The notes beneath the pieces are model-generated. The model saw only the letters and a list, made by a program, of their open reading frames with translations, was not told the DNA's origin and searched no databases. Of a stretch of 64,000 bases of DNA, positions 1 through 10,182 are shown one piece after another. Within the stretch, counting starts at the first letter, position 1. Each line of letters starts with the position of its first letter. A program made the translations under genes and the position numbers. The stretch is from sequence record OP557970.1, one strand, 5' to 3'. The stretch is from Escherichia phage ph0021.

Positions 1-630
1 TCAACTGTAGGTGGATCTGTCATTTGGCATCAAGGAAATTTTCCATTGAATTCAGCCGGTGACGATGTACTCTACAAATCATTTAAAATATATTCAGAAT
101 ATAATAAACCACAGGCAGCTGATAACGATTTCGTTTCTAAAGCTAATGGTGGTACTTACACCGGTCCAATTACTATTAATTACGGGGTAAATAGTTATCT
201 TCAATTAAGTAATAATGAAACCCCCATTCGAATTCGTTCTGGTGGCGGTACCGGTAATACTCTTGTAGTTGGCGGCTCTTCCGGTGGTATTAGTTTTAGA
301 CCTGCAGGTAGTGAAATCACTACTGGACAAATTACCATTACGCCAGAAGGTTTGACAACATTTACCAGGGCTGTAACGGCTCCATCGGTAACTGTTACAT
401 CTACTCCTTCCGCAGCATCTGATGTTACTCGTAAAGATTATGTTGATGGAGCAATAAATACTGTTACAGCAAATGCAAACTCTAGGGTATTACGCTCTGG
501 AGACACTATGACAGGAAATTTAACTGCGCCAAACCTTTTTTCACAGAATCCTGCATCTCAACCTTCACACGTTCCACGATTTGACCAAATCGTAATGAAG
601 GATTCTGTTCAAGATTTCGGCTATTATTAA
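1..630 (+). CDS. 36: long tail fibre protein gp36, 5'-truncated at window edge
   Basis: Frame open from position 1 to stop at 630; sits immediately upstream of gp37 as in T4; first in-frame start in window is TTG at 46. Confidence 0.65.
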   Translation, partial: STVGGSVIWHQGNFPLNSAGDDVLYKSFKIYSEYNKPQAADNDFVSKANGGTYTGPITINYGVNSYLQLSNNETPIRIRSGGGTGNTLVVGGSSGGISFRPAGSEITTGQITITPEGLTTFTRAVTAPSVTVTSTPSAASDVTRKDYVDGAINTVTANANSRVLRSGDTMTGNLTAPNLFSQNPASQPSHVPRFDQIVMKDSVQDFGYY

Positions 631-638
631 GAGGACTT

Positions 639-3605
639 ATGGCTACTTTAAAACAAATACAATTTAAAAGAAGCAAAACTGCAGGTCAACGTCCTGCTGC
701 TTCAGTATTAGCCGAAGGTGAATTGGCTATAAACTTAAAAGATAAAACAATTTTCACAAAAGATGACTCAGGTAGTGTTATAGAATTAGGTTTAAAATAT
801 GGAGGAACAATTGATGGTTCTTTAACTGTTAATGGAAACATAATTGGAAATTTAACAGGTAACGCTGCAACTGCAACGAAATTAAAAACAGCACGAAAAA
901 TTAATGGTATATCCTTTGATGGGTCAAAAGATATCACGCTAACTCCATCTGACATAAATGTCAATAGCACAACGTTTATAAAAAATAACGGCGAATTACC
1001 TGTTGATGCTAATTTAGATGAGTATGGGCCTGTTGAAGAATATCTTGGAGTTTGGTCGAAAGCAACTTCAACCAACGCTCAACCAGCAAATAAATTTCCA
1101 GAAGAAAATGCTGTAGGTGTTCTAGAAGTATTTGTGGCCGGTCAATTTGCTGGTACTCAGAGATATACAACTAGATACGGAAATGTTTATATTCGTTCCT
1201 TGACTGCTACATGGAACGGAGTAAATGGTCCGTGGAGTGTGTGGCGAAATATTCAATCCGGTACTCGTCCACTGTCAACAACAATTGATCTTAATGATCT
1301 AGGAGGCGCTGAACACCTTGGTTTGTGGCGAAATAGTTCAAATTCCATTGCTACCTTTGACAGAAATTTCCCAGAAGAGGGGTCGTCAGCTCAAGGTCTT
1401 TTGGAAGTATCTGAAGGTGGAAACTATTCTCGTACACAAAGATATACAACCAGATTTGGAGTTGTTTATACTCGCTGTCTTACTGCTGCATGGGATGCAT
1501 CTGCGCCTAAATGGGGACCGTGGCAACAAGTCGGTAATGTCACACCGGCGACTTTCTATGATGGAGATCTGAATGATTTTAAAACTCCTGGGTTATATAA
1601 TATTTTAGGCACTGATGCCGTTATTAACTGTCCTACAGGTGAAGGTTTGCCGACTGTTATTGTTGGTTTGCTGGAAGTTAAACAGCGTGCTTCTGGCGGT
1701 GCTATTTTCCAAAAATTTACTACTGCCGGAACAGGTGCAACTACTCGCGATCGTATTTTTGAGCGTGCATATACTGGTGGTGCGTGGGGTGCATGGAACG
1801 AAGTATATACATCTTATTCTCTGCCAATTACTTTGGGTATGGGTGGTATTAAAGCTCAATTAGCGGAGTTAGATTGGCAAACCTTTGATTTTGTCCCTGG
1901 TAGTATGTTTAGTGTTCCTTTGAACAAAATAAAGAATATGCCCGCAAATATGGATTGGGGCACGATTGATGGAAACCTGGTTATGTTTTCCGTTGGTCCT
2001 AGCGAACACACTAGCACAGGACGTACTGTTCAGATTTGGCGTGGTACTGTATCCCAGACAAACTACCGTTATTTTGTCGTTCGTGTATTCGGTAATTCAG
2101 GAAATAGAACTTGCACAGTTCGTCGTGTTGTTCTTGAAGACGGATCACATACTTGGACTGCTAAACAAGATTTTAATGGCGCAGTTAACTTTAACTCTAC
2201 TGTTAACCTTAATAACACTACCACATTTAAAACAGAAGTTAAATTTCGCTCATTGAATGCATTCCGTATGTATGGCGGAAAATTTGGTACATTTTTACGT
2301 AATGATGGAGAGAGTCTTTATATTCTTTCCACCGACGAAGATGATCAAGATGGAAACTTTAATACAAATAGACCTTTCCGTTATGAATTAAGAACTGGTG
2401 ATGTTACTTTAGGTGGTATTAGTGGTGCTAACGTTTTAAAATTAAAACGTGATTCTCTCACCGCATTTTTTGGTGGTGATATTAACATGAAAGGCTTGAT
2501 GACTTTTGACGCCGGACGTTTAGGATCACGAGATTATTTTAAATTTAACCATTGGGGTGATAGTAATAATGCGCGTGATAACATTATTCAGTTAGAAGAC
2601 AGCAAAGGCGCTCATTTTTCCACTGAACGTACTTTAGCGACTGGTGCAATTAAGACTAAATTTTTTGGTGAAATTGAATCCGATGGTAAATTGGTTATTA
2701 AACGTCCGGGTGATTCTATTGTATTATCAGCACCTGCTAATAATTCTTTGCATATTCGCGGTGATATAGACGGGACTGGTAACTGGTATATTGGTAAAGG
2801 TGGTACTGATAATGGATTAGCGTTCTATAGTTATGCTACTAATGCTGGTGTATACATTACAAACGCAGGAGATATCTCGCTAAGTCCAAAGGGTGCCGAA
2901 ATGGCTCAGGTCAATAACGTTCGATTATATGTTCATGGTGAACGTTGGACCGCTAGTCAACCAGGTGATTGGGGCAGTCAGTGGCAAGTGGAAGCGCCAA
3001 TATTCGTCGATCATGGTTATGTTGGATCAGATAGCTATTATCCAATTATTAAAGGAAGAAGTGTAGTCACCAATCAAGGGTTTGTAACTGCCGTCGATCT
3101 TGGTATTCGTCGTGTCAATAACAATTGGGGACAAGCAATTATTCGTGTTGGATCTGCGGAGGCATCGCCAGCGGCTGGACACCCTAACGCGGTATTTGAA
3201 TTTCATTACGACGGTACTTTCTATTCTCCTGGTAATGGTAACTTTAACGATGTGTATATTCGTTCCGATGGTCGTCTTAAGATTAATAAAAAAGAGCTAG
3301 AAAACGGAGCACTTGAAAAAGTATGCCGACTGAAAGTTTATATTTACGATAAGGTTAAGTCTATTAAAGACCGTAGTGTTATTAAACGCGAAGTTGGTAT
3401 TATTGCTCAGGATCTTGAAAAAGAATTACCGGAAGCTGTGTCTAAAGTTGAAGTTGATGGATCTGATGTTCTGACAATTTCTAACTCCGCTGTGAATGCT
3501 CTTTTAATTAAGGCTATCCAAGAAATGAGCGAAGAAATTAAAGAATTAAAAACGCCTTTCTTCACTAAAATTGCTCGCAAAATTAGTAAATATTTTAAAT
3601 TCTAA
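639..3605 (+). CDS. 37: long tail fibre distal subunit gp37
   Basis: 988 aa ORF with SD, followed by gene 38 and holin t; internal triplicated repeat; C-terminal helical tail. Confidence 0.85.
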   Translation: MATLKQIQFKRSKTAGQRPAASVLAEGELAINLKDKTIFTKDDSGSVIELGLKYGGTIDGSLTVNGNIIGNLTGNAATATKLKTARKINGISFDGSKDITLTPSDINVNSTTFIKNNGELPVDANLDEYGPVEEYLGVWSKATSTNAQPANKFPEENAVGVLEVFVAGQFAGTQRYTTRYGNVYIRSLTATWNGVNGPWSVWRNIQSGTRPLSTTIDLNDLGGAEHLGLWRNSSNSIATFDRNFPEEGSSAQGLLEVSEGGNYSRTQRYTTRFGVVYTRCLTAAWDASAPKWGPWQQVGNVTPATFYDGDLNDFKTPGLYNILGTDAVINCPTGEGLPTVIVGLLEVKQRASGGAIFQKFTTAGTGATTRDRIFERAYTGGAWGAWNEVYTSYSLPITLGMGGIKAQLAELDWQTFDFVPGSMFSVPLNKIKNMPANMDWGTIDGNLVMFSVGPSEHTSTGRTVQIWRGTVSQTNYRYFVVRVFGNSGNRTCTVRRVVLEDGSHTWTAKQDFNGAVNFNSTVNLNNTTTFKTEVKFRSLNAFRMYGGKFGTFLRNDGESLYILSTDEDDQDGNFNTNRPFRYELRTGDVTLGGISGANVLKLKRDSLTAFFGGDINMKGLMTFDAGRLGSRDYFKFNHWGDSNNARDNIIQLEDSKGAHFSTERTLATGAIKTKFFGEIESDGKLVIKRPGDSIVLSAPANNSLHIRGDIDGTGNWYIGKGGTDNGLAFYSYATNAGVYITNAGDISLSPKGAEMAQVNNVRLYVHGERWTASQPGDWGSQWQVEAPIFVDHGYVGSDSYYPIIKGRSVVTNQGFVTAVDLGIRRVNNNWGQAIIRVGSAEASPAAGHPNAVFEFHYDGTFYSPGNGNFNDVYIRSDGRLKINKKELENGALEKVCRLKVYIYDKVKSIKDRSVIKREVGIIAQDLEKELPEAVSKVEVDGSDVLTISNSAVNALLIKAIQEMSEEIKELKTPFFTKIARKISKYFKF

Positions 3606-3611
3606 CAACAA

Positions 3612-3625
3612 GGGGCAACGCCCCC
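3612..3625 (+). terminator. GC hairpin (GGGGC-AAC-GCCCC) after gene 37
   Basis: Perfect 5 bp GC stem directly after gp37 stop, followed by CTTTGG; weak T-run. Confidence 0.35.
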
Positions 3626-3639
3626 TTTGGAGATAAATT

Positions 3640-4440
3640 ATGGCAGTAGTTGGTGTTCCTGGTTGGATTGGTAGTTCATCCGTAAATGAAACAGGACAAC
3701 GATGGATGAGTCAAGCGGCTGGTCAATTAAGATTGGGTGTTCCTTGCTGGATGAGTCAATTTGCAGGTCGCTCACGAGAAATTATTCATACACTTGGAGC
3801 AGACCATAACTTCAATGGTCAATGGTTCCGAGATAGATGTTTTGAGGCCGGTAGTGCACCTATAGTGTTTAATATTACAGGTGATTTAGTATCATATTCT
3901 AAAGATGTTCCTTTATTCTTCATGTACGGGGATACGCCTAATGAATATGTTGTTCTTAATATTCATGGTGGTGTTCATATGTGGGGTCGTGGTGGTAATG
4001 GTGGATACACTCACTCAGGAGGCGACGGTAACGGTACACAAGGCGGTCATGTTATTCAAAATGATATCGGCGGACGGCTTCGTATTTGGAACTACGGTGT
4101 TATAGCTGCTGGCGGTGGCGGTGGCGGTGGTATTGCATATCGTCCACACTCAGGGGCAAACTGGCAAGATATCGGTGGCGGTGGTGGTCGACCTTTCGGT
4201 GGCGCTGGCGGTGGCGGTTATTCCGGTGGTGCTGCTTCGTATGAAGGTCCGGGTGGTGGTTATGACTATGGTAACGCACACTCCGGCGCTGGTGGTAATG
4301 CTGGTGCTGCTGGTCAGAATGCATGGTCTGACGGCGGTAAAGTTCTTAAAGTTGGTGTTGGTGGTGCGTCTGGTCATGCAGTGTTTGGATCTTCTCCAAC
4401 TTGGGGTGTTGTTGGAACAATTTACGGACCAAGAGTATAA
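3640..4440 (+). CDS. 38: tail fibre adhesin gp38, T2-type (glycine-rich motifs)
   Basis: 266 aa, conserved N-terminus then several poly-Gly tracts (GGGGGGG, GGGGG) separated by variable segments; located between 37 and t. Confidence 0.8.
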   Translation: MAVVGVPGWIGSSSVNETGQRWMSQAAGQLRLGVPCWMSQFAGRSREIIHTLGADHNFNGQWFRDRCFEAGSAPIVFNITGDLVSYSKDVPLFFMYGDTPNEYVVLNIHGGVHMWGRGGNGGYTHSGGDGNGTQGGHVIQNDIGGRLRIWNYGVIAAGGGGGGGIAYRPHSGANWQDIGGGGGRPFGGAGGGGYSGGAASYEGPGGGYDYGNAHSGAGGNAGAAGQNAWSDGGKVLKVGVGGASGHAVFGSSPTWGVVGTIYGPRV

Positions 4441-4470
4441 TGTGAATAAATACCCTTAAAAGGAGGGTCT

Positions 4471-5127
4471 ATGGCAGCACCTAGAATATCATTTTCGCCC
4501 TCTGATATTCTATTTGGTGTTCTAGATCGCTTGTTCAAAGATAATGCTACCGGGAAAGTTCTTGCTTCCCGGGTAGCTGTCGTAATTCTTTTGTTTATAA
4601 TGGCGATTGTATGGTATAGGGGAGATAGTTTCTTTGAGTACTATAAGCAATCAAAGTATGAAACATACAGTGAAATTATTGAAAAGGAAAGAAATGCACG
4701 CTTTGAATCTGTCGCCCTGGAACAACTCCAGATAGTTCATATATCATCTGAGGCAGACTTTAGTGCGGTGTATTCTTTCCGCCCTAAAAACTTAAACTAT
4801 TTTGTTGATATTATAGCATATGAAGGAAGATTACCTTCAACAATAACTGAAAAATCACTTGGAGGATATCCTGTTGATAAAACTATGGATGAATATACAG
4901 TTCATTTAAATGGACGTCATTATTATTCCAACTCAAAATTTGCTTTTTTACCAACTAAAAAGCCTACTCCCGAAATAAACTACATGTACAGTTGTCCATA
5001 TTTTAATTTGGATAATATCTATGCTGGAACGATAACCATGTACTGGTATAGAAATGATCATATAAGTAATGACCGCCTTGAATCAATATGTGCTCAGGCG
5101 GCCAGAATATTAGGAAGGGCTAAATAA
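4471..5127 (+). CDS. t: holin t
   Basis: 218 aa, N-terminal TM segment, sequence matches T4 holin as remembered (MAAPRISFSPSDILFGVLDRLF...); strong SD AAGGAGG. Confidence 0.9.
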   Translation: MAAPRISFSPSDILFGVLDRLFKDNATGKVLASRVAVVILLFIMAIVWYRGDSFFEYYKQSKYETYSEIIEKERNARFESVALEQLQIVHISSEADFSAVYSFRPKNLNYFVDIIAYEGRLPSTITEKSLGGYPVDKTMDEYTVHLNGRHYYSNSKFAFLPTKKPTPEINYMYSCPYFNLDNIYAGTITMYWYRNDHISNDRLESICAQAARILGRAK

Positions 5128-5400
5128 TTATTTGTTCGTATACATCTCTAGATATCGATATACACCCTCAAAACCCTCGTTGAATTCGTCGATGAGGGTT
5201 TTCTTATCTTCTTGAGTTAATTCAGAAACAATTTTACGGAATGAATTCTGATTTAACTTTCTACCTTCATGCGTTACTCCAATCTCATTCAGAAATGCAA
5301 TAAAATTAGCACGATTCTCAACAATATCTTCTCTGGAAAATTTAATCAAAATAGACGCAACAGTAATAATTTCACGAACTGTATCAATATTTTTATTCAT
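5128..5400 (-). CDS. asiA: anti-sigma70 factor AsiA
   Basis: 90 aa, sequence matches remembered T4 AsiA (MNKNIDTVREIITVASILIKF...); convergent with t. Confidence 0.9.
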   Translation of the reverse strand: MNKNIDTVREIITVASILIKFSREDIVENRANFIAFLNEIGVTHEGRKLNQNSFRKIVSELTQEDKKTLIDEFNEGFEGVYRYLEMYTNK

Positions 5401-5412
5401 TAACTATACCAC

Positions 5413-5565
5413 TCAATTAGTTGACTTTGTTATAATATCATCAGACGTTTGTTTTGTAAACTGGTCTGTGTTATTTTCTTCAAAAATTTTTTCTACGAAT
5501 TCCTTGAACGACTCACGTTCCTGAGCTACATTATGCTCGATTACCATTTCAAGATTATGACTCAT
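5413..5565 (-). CDS. small hypothetical protein (~50 aa) between arn and asiA
   Basis: ATG overlaps arn stop (ATGA coupling); acidic protein; below ORF-track size cutoff, read by hand. Confidence 0.4.
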   Translation of the reverse strand: MSHNLEMVIEHNVAQERESFKEFVEKIFEENNTDQFTKQTSDDIITKSTN

Positions 5566-5840
5566 TCGAAATAATCTTCAATTTCGTAATCATGGACGTA
5601 AATCATTATAGTTTTTAATACATCATCAATACTTTTTCCTGGAGCTGGAATTACGTAAAAATATCCTGCTTTTGAGAGGTCTTTATAAGTTCCAACCAAG
5701 AAATCATTATTCTCGAGATGTAATTCTTCAACTAATTCATTAACAATTGAATGGTATAAATTTGGTAGAAACTTATATAGCTTTTCTAGAATATCAATTT
5801 TGATTGTATATTGAACCACAGATTGAGAATCAATAATCAT
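5562..5840 (-). CDS. arn: anti-restriction (McrBC inhibitor) protein Arn
   Basis: 92 aa acidic protein at T4 arn position next to asiA; length matches. Confidence 0.65.
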   Translation of the reverse strand: MIIDSQSVVQYTIKIDILEKLYKFLPNLYHSIVNELVEELHLENNDFLVGTYKDLSKAGYFYVIPAPGKSIDDVLKTIMIYVHDYEIEDYFE

Positions 5841-5923
5841 AGACCTTCCCCTTATGTTTCTGTTTGCGATTAGATTCTTTAAACGCTTTCTTCTTATCCT
5901 TATGAACAGAAGCTTTATTAAAA

Positions 5924-6142
5924 TTATGTTTTGCGACTAAATTGTTCATAGTGCTGAATTACCTCTCTCAAACATTTGCATGTGAATGAAAACTTTTTAG
6001 CTACACCACATTCAAATATGTGTTCTCTTAAATCACGTGTATCAGTATATCCCATCTCAACAATAAAATGCCGTATTAGATTTTTATCTTTATCATTGAG
6101 AGAATTAAAATAATCGGATTTTGAATTAATTTCCCTGGCCAA
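5924..6142 (-). CDS. hypothetical protein (arn.1 position)
   Basis: 72 aa ORF in minus-strand early operon. Confidence 0.5.
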   Translation of the reverse strand: MAREINSKSDYFNSLNDKDKNLIRHFIVEMGYTDTRDLREHIFECGVAKKFSFTCKCLREVIQHYEQFSRKT

Positions 6143-6422
6143 ATTGAATCACCTTCAGTTGACGTTTTAATTCTTTTATCATCTCTTCGTTCATCGCAAT
6201 ATAAAGATCGCGTAAAGCAGGTTTTAACATTCCATTTACTGGAGAACTAAATGGACATACATAATCTTTTCCTACGAGCTTTTTGGTGAATTCCATATCA
6301 CAGAACTGAAATGCCGGTTCATTGGCATAAATTCCCCAATTAGTTGACATCATTTTATTGGCATATTCCAACGCCTGGATTTGATTCTTAATTCCATCAA
6401 TTTGAAACTTTTTAATATTCAT
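6126..6422 (-). CDS. hypothetical protein (arn.2 position)
   Basis: 98 aa ORF, start overlaps upstream gene stop. Confidence 0.5.
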   Translation of the reverse strand: MNIKKFQIDGIKNQIQALEYANKMMSTNWGIYANEPAFQFCDMEFTKKLVGKDYVCPFSSPVNGMLKPALRDLYIAMNEEMIKELKRQLKVIQFGQGN

Positions 6423-6883
6423 TAGTAAAGGTCCTCAGAGTAAAGTTCTTTTTCACTACCACCGTGTTCAATACGTACTTGTCCGGCGTAAGTTGCAATA
6501 ATCATTGCTTCTTCACGTGTCCAGTAATTGCTATACTGATCAATAAACCCTTGGTCATCATCACAAACTTGCTGAGTAACTAATTGGGGTTTAACTACAT
6601 CTAAAACTTCTGCCATATCTTTAGAATAATGACGAGCACCTGGAATAACAAGAGTTCGTCCATCTTTTAATTTAAAACGGTTGGCGGCACAAACAATTCG
6701 TCGTTGATACTTTTGGTTTTCATCCCAGTATGCGGTCTGCCAACAGATTTCAGGAACTTCTTTCAGAATATCTTCTTCTGTGCATTTATAACCATGTGCT
6801 TTAAATTTTTCAACAAGACTTTCTGGAGTTTCACGAGATAAAGGAACATTCAGCATTTTTAAACGATTAATAAATGGGTTCAT
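6422..6883 (-). CDS. hypothetical protein (arn.3 position)
   Basis: 153 aa ORF, tightly packed in operon. Confidence 0.55.
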   Translation of the reverse strand: MNPFINRLKMLNVPLSRETPESLVEKFKAHGYKCTEEDILKEVPEICWQTAYWDENQKYQRRIVCAANRFKLKDGRTLVIPGARHYSKDMAEVLDVVKPQLVTQQVCDDDQGFIDQYSNYWTREEAMIIATYAGQVRIEHGGSEKELYSEDLY

Positions 6884-7209
6884 TTAAACCATCCTTTAAT
6901 ACGCTGCCACAGAGTTTTCTGTTGAGCTTTGTTAACACCAATTGAGCGAATAACTGGTTGAGATTCCTGGAATTCTTTATAATCAGCAAGGTAAATTTCG
7001 TAAGCCGATTGAACAAAGGTACTAATCGCTGCCATGAAGTTCTTGCGAATTCCCATAGAGGCTTCAGAACCACCACGGATGATTAAATATTTACCAGTCT
7101 TAATCTTTACGATAGTTCCAAGATAAGCTCCATGGTACCAGATGTCCCACCCCTCTTGAGTGGGTTCTGCACAACGACGAAGTTCATTAACAATTTCTAA
7201 CTTGTTCAT
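6880..7209 (-). CDS. hypothetical protein (arn.4 position)
   Basis: 109 aa ORF, 4-nt overlap with downstream gene. Confidence 0.55.
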   Translation of the reverse strand: MNKLEIVNELRRCAEPTQEGWDIWYHGAYLGTIVKIKTGKYLIIRGGSEASMGIRKNFMAAISTFVQSAYEIYLADYKEFQESQPVIRSIGVNKAQQKTLWQRIKGWFK

Positions 7210-7219
7210 TATTTATTCC

Positions 7220-7855
7220 TCACAGTTCAGATGCTACGGTGATTACCGCTTCAATGTTTTCTGCCGAGCGTTTAATGTCAAGATACACATTACCGTTTTT
7301 AGCGATTTTACATGACATTCCGATATCAATAAATTTCTGAATATGATGTTCCATCATTTTGTATCCAAAAATTCGCATATTTCCATTATTGTTAATTTCA
7401 AAATTACGAATTCCGTGAGTGCGTTTTTCTAAAATAGCGAGATAGTTACTACGATAAGTTTCAACCTTTTTAAGAACAAATCCATTTTCATCTAAAAGTT
7501 TTAGCATAAGGTCTTTATCTTCTTCCATATCGGAAGTAATCTCACGAGCTTTACGAGTTGCTCGTTTTTTCAGTAGTTCAGGAGCATTTTCCTGTGCATA
7601 TAAAGTTGCTGCATTTGAAATAATATCCTGAGCTTCTCCTGTAATGATTAATCCATCACCAGATTTCTCTACCAGACCTTTTTTAATCAATACCCCAATA
7701 TTACTATTAACTACTGCATTACCTAAATCTGGATGCACCTCACGAACTTCTGCGGCTGTAATGAAATCTTTCTTAGCAATGGTAATTAAAATCGCAGCAG
7801 TTTTTTCATTCAGAACATCGTTAGAAGCTTTGATGATGTAAGTTACTTTAGACAT
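7220..7855 (-). CDS. motA: middle-transcription activator MotA
   Basis: 211 aa, sequence and length match remembered T4 MotA. Confidence 0.9.
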   Translation of the reverse strand: MSKVTYIIKASNDVLNEKTAAILITIAKKDFITAAEVREVHPDLGNAVVNSNIGVLIKKGLVEKSGDGLIITGEAQDIISNAATLYAQENAPELLKKRATRKAREITSDMEEDKDLMLKLLDENGFVLKKVETYRSNYLAILEKRTHGIRNFEINNNGNMRIFGYKMMEHHIQKFIDIGMSCKIAKNGNVYLDIKRSAENIEAVITVASEL

Positions 7856-7891
7856 TTTAATCTCCGTTTCAGTTCATTTATTTGATAGGTC

Positions 7892-7920
7892 TATAGTATC
7901 ATGTTTAAAGCAGAAGTAAA
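7892..7920 (-). promoter_or_regulatory. promoter upstream of motA (GTTTAC -35, TACTAT -10; spacer contains TGCTTTA MotA-box-like motif)
   Basis: Minus strand reads GTTTAC-17nt-TACTAT then leader with GGAG before the motA ATG. Confidence 0.5.
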
Positions 7921-7960
7921 CACTTTTTTGCACTCTTTTTCAAGAGCTCTAATAAAGTAC

Positions 7961-8188
7961 TTACTTAATGTTCAGATTACGAACTTCGATTTCGTCTTCA
8001 TGGGCAAAATCAAACTGTTTGAATTCTGTGTCACCTTTAAATTTAAAAATCATTGTGAAGAAAGTCAGAACACCAGGTTTTTCTTCACGAACTCCACAGA
8101 TATCATATTCAATACCATCTACAACCAGTTTGTTAGCAGTCAGAGCATTTTTAGCTTTAACGATTTCGTTTTCGATTTTAAATTTCAT
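7961..8188 (-). CDS. hypothetical protein (motA.1 position)
   Basis: 75 aa ORF between motA and 52. Confidence 0.5.
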   Translation of the reverse strand: MKFKIENEIVKAKNALTANKLVVDGIEYDICGVREEKPGVLTFFTMIFKFKGDTEFKQFDFAHEDEIEVRNLNIK

Positions 8189-8237
8189 TTTTTGTATCTC
8201 CGGGTTGTTTGTTTCAGTTCATTTATTTGATAGTTGT

Positions 8238-8268
8238 ATAGTACCACAGTATGCTTTGGTTGTAAACC
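8238..8268 (-). promoter_or_regulatory. T4 early-type promoter
   Basis: Minus strand GTTTAC-18nt-TACTAT with AT-rich upstream element; member of repeated promoter family. Confidence 0.6.
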
Positions 8269-8298
8269 GTTTTGTGAAAAAATTTTTGAAATAAAAAA

Positions 8299-8318
8299 GG
8301 GAGAGCCTCGGCTCTCCC
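8299..8318 (-). terminator. intrinsic terminator hairpin
   Basis: GGGAGAGC-CTCG-GCTCTCCC perfect 8 bp stem; minus-strand U-run follows. Confidence 0.55.
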
Positions 8319-8323
8319 TAAAA

Positions 8324-8473
8324 TTACTGCATGACTGTGATAACTGTCATGATAACACGTTGAATTCCGAACGCAAGAAGACCTCCTGCTACGGCAGGAA
8401 CAACACCTAAACCCGCCAGTAAAATGCCACCAGATACTAATGCAGCGCTTGTAATACCTATGAATGGACTCAT
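8324..8473 (-). CDS. small hydrophobic protein (49 aa)
   Basis: ATG overlaps gp52 stop (ATGA); Gly/Ala/Leu-rich, likely membrane peptide; read by hand. Confidence 0.45.
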   Translation of the reverse strand: MSPFIGITSAALVSGGILLAGLGVVPAVAGGLLAFGIQRVIMTVITVMQ

Positions 8474-9798
8474 TTGATTTCCTCTAAATCTTTGGTGTAT
8501 TCTGTAACTACATCAGTAGTTTTCCAATATTCGTTTTCTTCTTTTTTAGCTTTAGCTTCTTCAGCAAGTTTCTTTGCTTCGTCGGAAGTCATATGAAAAA
8601 TATTCATTCCGACTAGTTTATCAACATAAGAAGAATACATCTCAATTTTAGAAAGTTCTTCAGTCAGTTCTTTGCGAGTTTTACCCTGTACAACGATTTC
8701 ACCTGAAATTACTTTCTTAATGAAATGTGCCTTGGCAAAAGCTAAACGAAAAGCTGACTCAGTTTCTTTAATTTTATTATCAATTCGTTTTTGGACATAA
8801 GTTTTACGAACTTCAACGAAGTCTTTGATTAAATCAACTACGTTATCGTAAACTTGTAGTTTTCCTTTCTCATTAATAACCGTAATATTCTGAGAACGAC
8901 GCTCAATCAACCCGAAGTCTTTCATAATTTTTGCATGGCGTTCTTCTTCATTATCGCTCAAAGAGTATTCTTTTCGGAATTTAACTTTGAATCCAAAACC
9001 ATGCTCACCACAAGCATCATCCCATGTAATGAAGCCTTTATCTTCAAGTGGGTCTAAGATTTTACTCACATAAATTTCACGATCATACTTATACGGAATC
9101 TCAGTGATATGCATTTGAGTTCGTGAAGTAAACTTATATGTTCCACGAATTTCATATTGCCCATCAATTTCAACGACTTCACCACGAAATTCTGGGAATT
9201 CTACCTTCGGTTTAGTTACTTTCTTTCCTTGAAGAGCTTGTAATACAGCTTTCTTGACAGAAGAAACACTATGAGGAAGAATGTAAGTTGCATAACCAGT
9301 TGCAATACCGGAAACGCCATTAAGAAGAACAGTAGGAATAATAGGCAAATAGAAAGCAGGCGGAATGTGTTCTTTATCTTGATGTACCGGAGCATATTCA
9401 GTATCTTTATATACGTTATAGAAATTTTTACTTACACGAGCAAAAATATAACGACTTGCTGCTGCCTTTTGGACAGTACGAGAACCAAAGTTTCCTTGAC
9501 CGTCTAACAGAGGAAAGTTATTATTCCAAGTGTTAGCCATCAAAGCACCTGCGTCTTGCGCAGAGTTTTCACCATGATGATATCCAAGGTCCGCTACACC
9601 GCCTGCGATAGAAGCGAGTTTGTGAAACTTATCTTTATTTCCTCGTGCCAAATCAAGAGCTCGAGCAATAACAAATCGTTGAACTGGCTTAAATCCGTCA
9701 ATCATATTTGGAATGGCACGATTTTCAACCGTGTACATAGCATAAGCCAATGCTTCATTATCAATGATACTTTTTAAATCGCGATTATTCAGTTGCAT
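8470..9798 (-). CDS. 52: DNA topoisomerase II medium subunit gp52 (GyrA-like)
   Basis: 442 aa, GyrA N-terminal-domain-like sequence, length matches T4 gp52. Confidence 0.9.
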   Translation of the reverse strand: MQLNNRDLKSIIDNEALAYAMYTVENRAIPNMIDGFKPVQRFVIARALDLARGNKDKFHKLASIAGGVADLGYHHGENSAQDAGALMANTWNNNFPLLDGQGNFGSRTVQKAAASRYIFARVSKNFYNVYKDTEYAPVHQDKEHIPPAFYLPIIPTVLLNGVSGIATGYATYILPHSVSSVKKAVLQALQGKKVTKPKVEFPEFRGEVVEIDGQYEIRGTYKFTSRTQMHITEIPYKYDREIYVSKILDPLEDKGFITWDDACGEHGFGFKVKFRKEYSLSDNEEERHAKIMKDFGLIERRSQNITVINEKGKLQVYDNVVDLIKDFVEVRKTYVQKRIDNKIKETESAFRLAFAKAHFIKKVISGEIVVQGKTRKELTEELSKIEMYSSYVDKLVGMNIFHMTSDEAKKLAEEAKAKKEENEYWKTTDVVTEYTKDLEEIK

Positions 9799-9805
9799 AA
9801 ATTTA

Positions 9806-9943
9806 CCATACTAGTGAATGTAGTGCCATAATAACATCAGAAATGAAAAGCACGACTTGAATTAATCCGAACATTACTCCATAATATAGTGCTACCAATA
9901 AAGTAGCAAGGGCTAATGAATAGCCCAAGATTTTCTTAATCAT
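9806..9943 (-). CDS. small hydrophobic protein (45 aa, 52.1 position)
   Basis: ATG overlaps ac stop; single predicted TM; read by hand. Confidence 0.4.
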
Positions 9944-10093
9944 TAGTAGATAACAACACAAATGTTAAATATGCACACATACCCTGGGCTAAAGCTTGTG
10001 AAAACACACTGCTAGCATCGATACAGATAGTTAAAACACATGCTACTATCCAACAAATAAATGAAATAACTCCTAATAATTTTGCGATATTCA
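9935..10093 (-). CDS. ac: small membrane protein, probable Ac (acriflavine sensitivity)
   Basis: 52 aa hydrophobic ORF between stp and 52 as in T4; read by hand. Confidence 0.5.
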
Positions 10094-10101
10094 TATTTTC
10101 C

Positions 10102-10182
10102 TCACTGGCGTCCGAAGACGCCTTTAGTTTTAAGATTATTACGATAGAACTGCATCACATGTTCGTTATGGAAATTACTCAT
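10102..10182 (-). CDS. stp: Stp peptide (activator of host PrrC anticodon nuclease / restriction inhibitor)
   Basis: 26 aa ORF translating to [26 protein letters not shown], matching remembered T4 Stp; ATG overlaps ndd stop. Confidence 0.75.

Noticed and set aside
686-3300. Several 66-129 aa ORFs on either strand inside gene 37
   Set aside because: All lie wholly within the 988 aa gp37 ORF; no RBS; out-of-frame translations of a long gene
4100-4324. His/Arg-rich 74 aa minus-strand ORF (HQHYHQRR...HRHRH)
   Set aside because: Antisense translation of the Gly-codon-rich (GGT/GGC) part of gene 38; no start context; artefact of low-complexity coding sequence
3960-4400. Possible tandem DNA repeat or VNTR in the glycine-codon region
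   Set aside because: Repetition is at codon level (GGT GGC GGT) encoding poly-Gly adhesin motifs, not a non-coding tandem repeat or CRISPR-like array
4441-4452. GAATAAATA upstream of holin t as a late promoter
   Set aside because: Differs from the strict TATAAATA late consensus at the first two positions; not called
4115-4459. Plus-strand alternative-frame ORFs inside gene 38 (114 aa and others)
   Set aside because: Embedded in the gp38 coding region in another frame; hydrophobic Val/Leu-rich product typical of frame-shifted Gly-rich sequence
5832-5949. 39 aa Lys-rich ORF overlapping the arn start and the upstream ORF end
   Set aside because: Overlaps two better-supported genes and has no clear SD; possibly real but unsupported
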